Shown: positions 62,546 to 64,000 of the stretch, piece after piece
How positions within the stretch are numbered: position 1 is the stretch's first letter
Layout of the letters: every line of letters begins with the position of its first letter
From: Squalus acanthias
Lineage: Eukaryota
Assembly: GCA_030390025.1 (NCBI GenBank)
Contig: CM059432.1
Coordinates: 56,918,001 to 56,982,000 of the forward strand
Reading direction: 5' to 3'
DNA: 64,000 nt
Notes under the pieces: generated by a model
Database searches by the model: none
What the model was told of the DNA's origin: nothing
Seen by the model: the letters and a program-made list of their open reading frames with translations, nothing else
Program-made: the position numbers and the translations under genes

Positions 62546-63900
62546 GGCACATATTTTACTTAGCTCGGCGAGTCCGTGGCAGGTGATGTCAGCAGGTCCC
62601 GACCCCGCTGCTGGCTCCATCCCGCGCTGTAAAATGATTTTATGTTGATAGGGCATGTTAAGCCCAGCCCAGTGCGTTTGCCGGGCCAATTAGAGGAAGT
62701 GGGTCTCTTGACGTCATTTCACGAAGCGTCATCAGCCAGTTTCCTTGAAGGGACCATGGCCACCTTTATTTTGACATTTGTCCTGTCAGTGTTCGACAGC
62801 ATTGAAGTGCTGCAAATACTGATAATCACTGCACAGAGATGCAGGGCTGCACCCAGGTTCTCCCATGACTCCCTCCATATGCCACAGAACACAAGGAAGT
62901 CTTCTTCCTTGGACACCAACACAGCCTGGTTGCACATTGGACAGGAGGGCACAAGCAGGGATGTCGTCAGGTGGACCTGGGTGCAGTGGCGCAAACCTTT
63001 CAATGATCTCATTAGATCATTAAACGTTAGTCCAAAGCCTTCATCCTCCTGTGCCTCTCATCACATCCCCATCACTCTGCCTTCCCTACCCTACTCCTGC
63101 ACATGCTTACTCACACCAACTTACCTTGCACCTCCACCCATCCCTCTCTCTTTATCTACATTATCACATCCCCATCTCATTAGCCACCCCTCACACTCGC
63201 CCTTGTCCTAGTGCAATCATACCAACTAACAACACACAAGGGTAGGCACTTGGGTGTTTTATCCAATATTCATGTAAAGTTTGTGTTAATGCGCTGTCAA
63301 ACATTGAAACCTTTATTTTCAACACTTTGCGTTCTTGGACAGATTTGTGTGTACCTTTTGGAAGTGGCTTAGTGAGTTTCAGTGAATGGTGAGACGTAAC
63401 GGTACCCCCCGCAATGGTGGTGAGTGTGAAAGGAATGGCTTGGACATTGTAGGGATACTTTATAGTGCCAACCTGGCGCATCATGTGGCAGCCAGGGTGT
63501 ACAGCGTCAAGTGAAGTAAATCTGGCCATGGTGAGGCCATCCCTGGCCTCTCGGGCAGCAATGTGTTCGGGTGCTGATGCCCTGTGTCCTGTGCAGTATC
63601 AGGTGATTGCGGCGAAGGTTGGTGTTGTTGGTGCTGCTGGTGTTGGGGCTGATCGTGGTCGGATTCTGAGGACCAAGGTGAGAGAGTATAAAGGACACCC
63701 ATGTTGATGGAAAAGATGGCAGGTGAAGTACAGATGACAGAAGCATTCTGTCAATGGTGAGAGAGTTCTTCCAATGAGGTGATGCTGGATGGAGAGTGGA
63801 AAGTGGAAACCCTGCAGAATCTGTGCTAGAAATGGACTTTAAACAGCTTGTGGCTGAGGAAAGTGAAGATCTGTCAGGTGGGAGCTTGTCCATTTGAAGC
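62546..63900. mobile_element. decayed PIF/Harbinger element with a Myb/SANT-like gene remnant (+) and a possible transposase C-terminus (-)
   Basis: RAAPRFSHDSL..AWLHIGQE..WTWVQWRKPFNDL at ~62840-63010; minus strand AAREARDGLTMARF at ~63518-63559; decayed TIR GGCACATATTTTAC. Confidence 0.65.
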
Positions 63901-63904
63901 TGTC

Positions 63905-64000
63905 AAGGAATCAGCTGGGGATCCAGGAGGTAGTATTGCAGGAGCCTCAGTCCCTGCACTTGTCCAAAAGATTTGAGGTTCTTGCAACCCTTGTGGACGA
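63905..64000 (+). mobile_element. probable CR1 ORF1 fragment running off the window
   Basis: QEPQSLHLSKRFEVLATLVD resembles the L-x-N-R-F-x-x-L motif of CR1 ORF1. Confidence 0.45.

Noticed and set aside
1..64000. Host protein-coding genes among the listed ORFs
   Set aside because: Long ORFs are TE fragments or their antisense shadows; ORFs in unique DNA (e.g. 7702-8034, 40905-41324) show no recognisable domain or exon structure.

Overview
Vertebrate, almost certainly cartilaginous-fish (shark-like), intronic or intergenic DNA dominated by transposable elements. I recognise no host protein-coding exon, rRNA, true tRNA or CRISPR array. The window holds about 15 CR1 LINE copies or fragments (several nested), one L2 LINE, at least eight PIF/Harbinger-type elements with GG(G/C)C TIRs and 3-bp TSDs (one keeping a Myb/SANT remnant), two hAT MITEs, old tRNA-derived SINEs (one LF-SINE-like), and two families of Penelope-like elements whose pseudo-LTRs carry minimal hammerhead ribozymes. 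The most unusual object is a single-ORF EN+RT LINE (9447-12680; second copy 28651-31324 plus 40218-40746; older fragment 8570-9370). It begins with a tRNA-like A-box/B-box head, and its ~3.2 kb sense strand contains no TTTT run, so it looks like a protein-coding LINE built for RNA polymerase III transcription. A short head-plus-tail derivative of it lies at ~42010-42315. Family names are from recalled motifs, not from a database search.
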